Source: Antedon mediterranea (Eukaryota > Animalia > Echinodermata). From it: a stretch of 64,000 nt of DNA. The stretch is taken from positions 6,092,422 to 6,156,421 of the forward strand of contig NC_092678.1 of the NCBI RefSeq assembly GCF_964355755.1, read 5' to 3'. Made by a program: the position numbers and the translations under genes. Below the pieces are notes generated by a model, which worked only from the letters and a program-made list of their open reading frames with translations, was not told where the DNA came from and did no database searches. Shown here piece by piece: positions 63,359 to 64,000 of the stretch; within the stretch, counting starts at the first letter, position 1, and each line of letters opens with the position of its first letter.

Positions 63359-63695
63359 ATATGGCTTTACCACGTTCTCGTCAGATCACCAAAGTTAAGC
63401 AACGTCGGGCCTGGTTAGAGCTTGGATGGGAGACCATCTGGGAATAGCGGGTACTGTATACGGAGCTGGGGTCCCTTTAGGCACTGCTGACTCTTATGGC
63501 AGCCCCTGCATCTAGTATCTGCCTCAGACCTCTGGTCAAGGTGGGCACTGGATGAGAGAAGCCCTTGATCAATGTCAGGACCAATCAAGGTGATTTAAAC
63601 AGTCCTGGCTTTGTTTGTATCAAACCTGTTAGTGGCGGTAATTATCGCTGTTGGTTTTGATTGAATAAAATAAAAAATAAAAATAAAATAAATAA
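63359..63695 (+). mobile_element. 5S rRNA-derived SINE (SINE3-type)
   Basis: 63359-63460 matches 5S rRNA (TACCACGTT..CTCGTCAGATCACCAAAGTTAAGCAACGTCGGGCCTGGTTAG..CTTGGATGGGAGACC..CTGGGAATA.CGGGT.CTGTA) with a ~13-nt deletion and no T-run terminator. It is followed by ~200 bp of unrelated body and an (AATAA)n tail. Confidence 0.8.
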
Positions 63696-64000
63696 CATAC
63701 ATTTTGTTATTTTTATTTATTGACTGTTTAATATCATACTATCATACTTTCCCCTTTGGAATTGAAATTGGGTTTGCTTTTGTTTACTTATTTTTTTGGG
63801 GGTTAGGGGGGGGGGAAGAGGGGAGAGTGAGTTGGCATGGGTTCCACATGGAATACAGTAGATATACCATGGAAAAAAAAAAACTTTACATTTTTCCTGG
63901 CAGACCACATAACGATGTGAAAGTGATGTAAAAAGTTGAAAAAAATAAATAAATGTATTTATTTGATTGATATTAATATCAATTTAATATAATTCTATCC

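Noticed and set aside
63359-63460. Functional 5S rRNA gene
   Set aside because: It has an internal deletion, several substitutions, no oligo-T terminator, and an attached body with an A-rich tail.

Overview
AT-rich, intron-containing animal genomic DNA, not prokaryotic. A marine invertebrate, probably a deuterostome such as an echinoderm, is inferred from the triplicated flagellar creatine kinase. I rebuilt four spliced genes by hand from GT-AG sites and phase continuity: a plexin-like Sema-PSI-IPT-PSI gene (minus, 3' end unresolved), acylamino-acid-releasing enzyme APEH (plus, head-to-head with the plexin), a three-domain myristoylated flagellar creatine kinase (minus, tail-to-tail with APEH) and a NUAK-family kinase (minus, first exon outside the window). 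Introns carry MITEs, two copies of a non-autonomous DNA transposon with 5-bp TSDs, tRNA- and 5S-derived SINEs and tandem arrays. The main hunt results are: four mutually complementary elements bracketing a symmetric cassette exon of the creatine kinase (candidate RNA-structure splicing switch); two tiny CAGGGAG...CTCCCTG palindromes with exact 7-bp TSDs (candidate P-element-type excision footprints); a pair of paralogous hairpins downstream of the NUAK stop; an intact duplicated plexin exon; and an intron-free 3.3-kb exon encoding all three kinase domains. All coordinates were read by eye, and no alignment, folding or database search was run.
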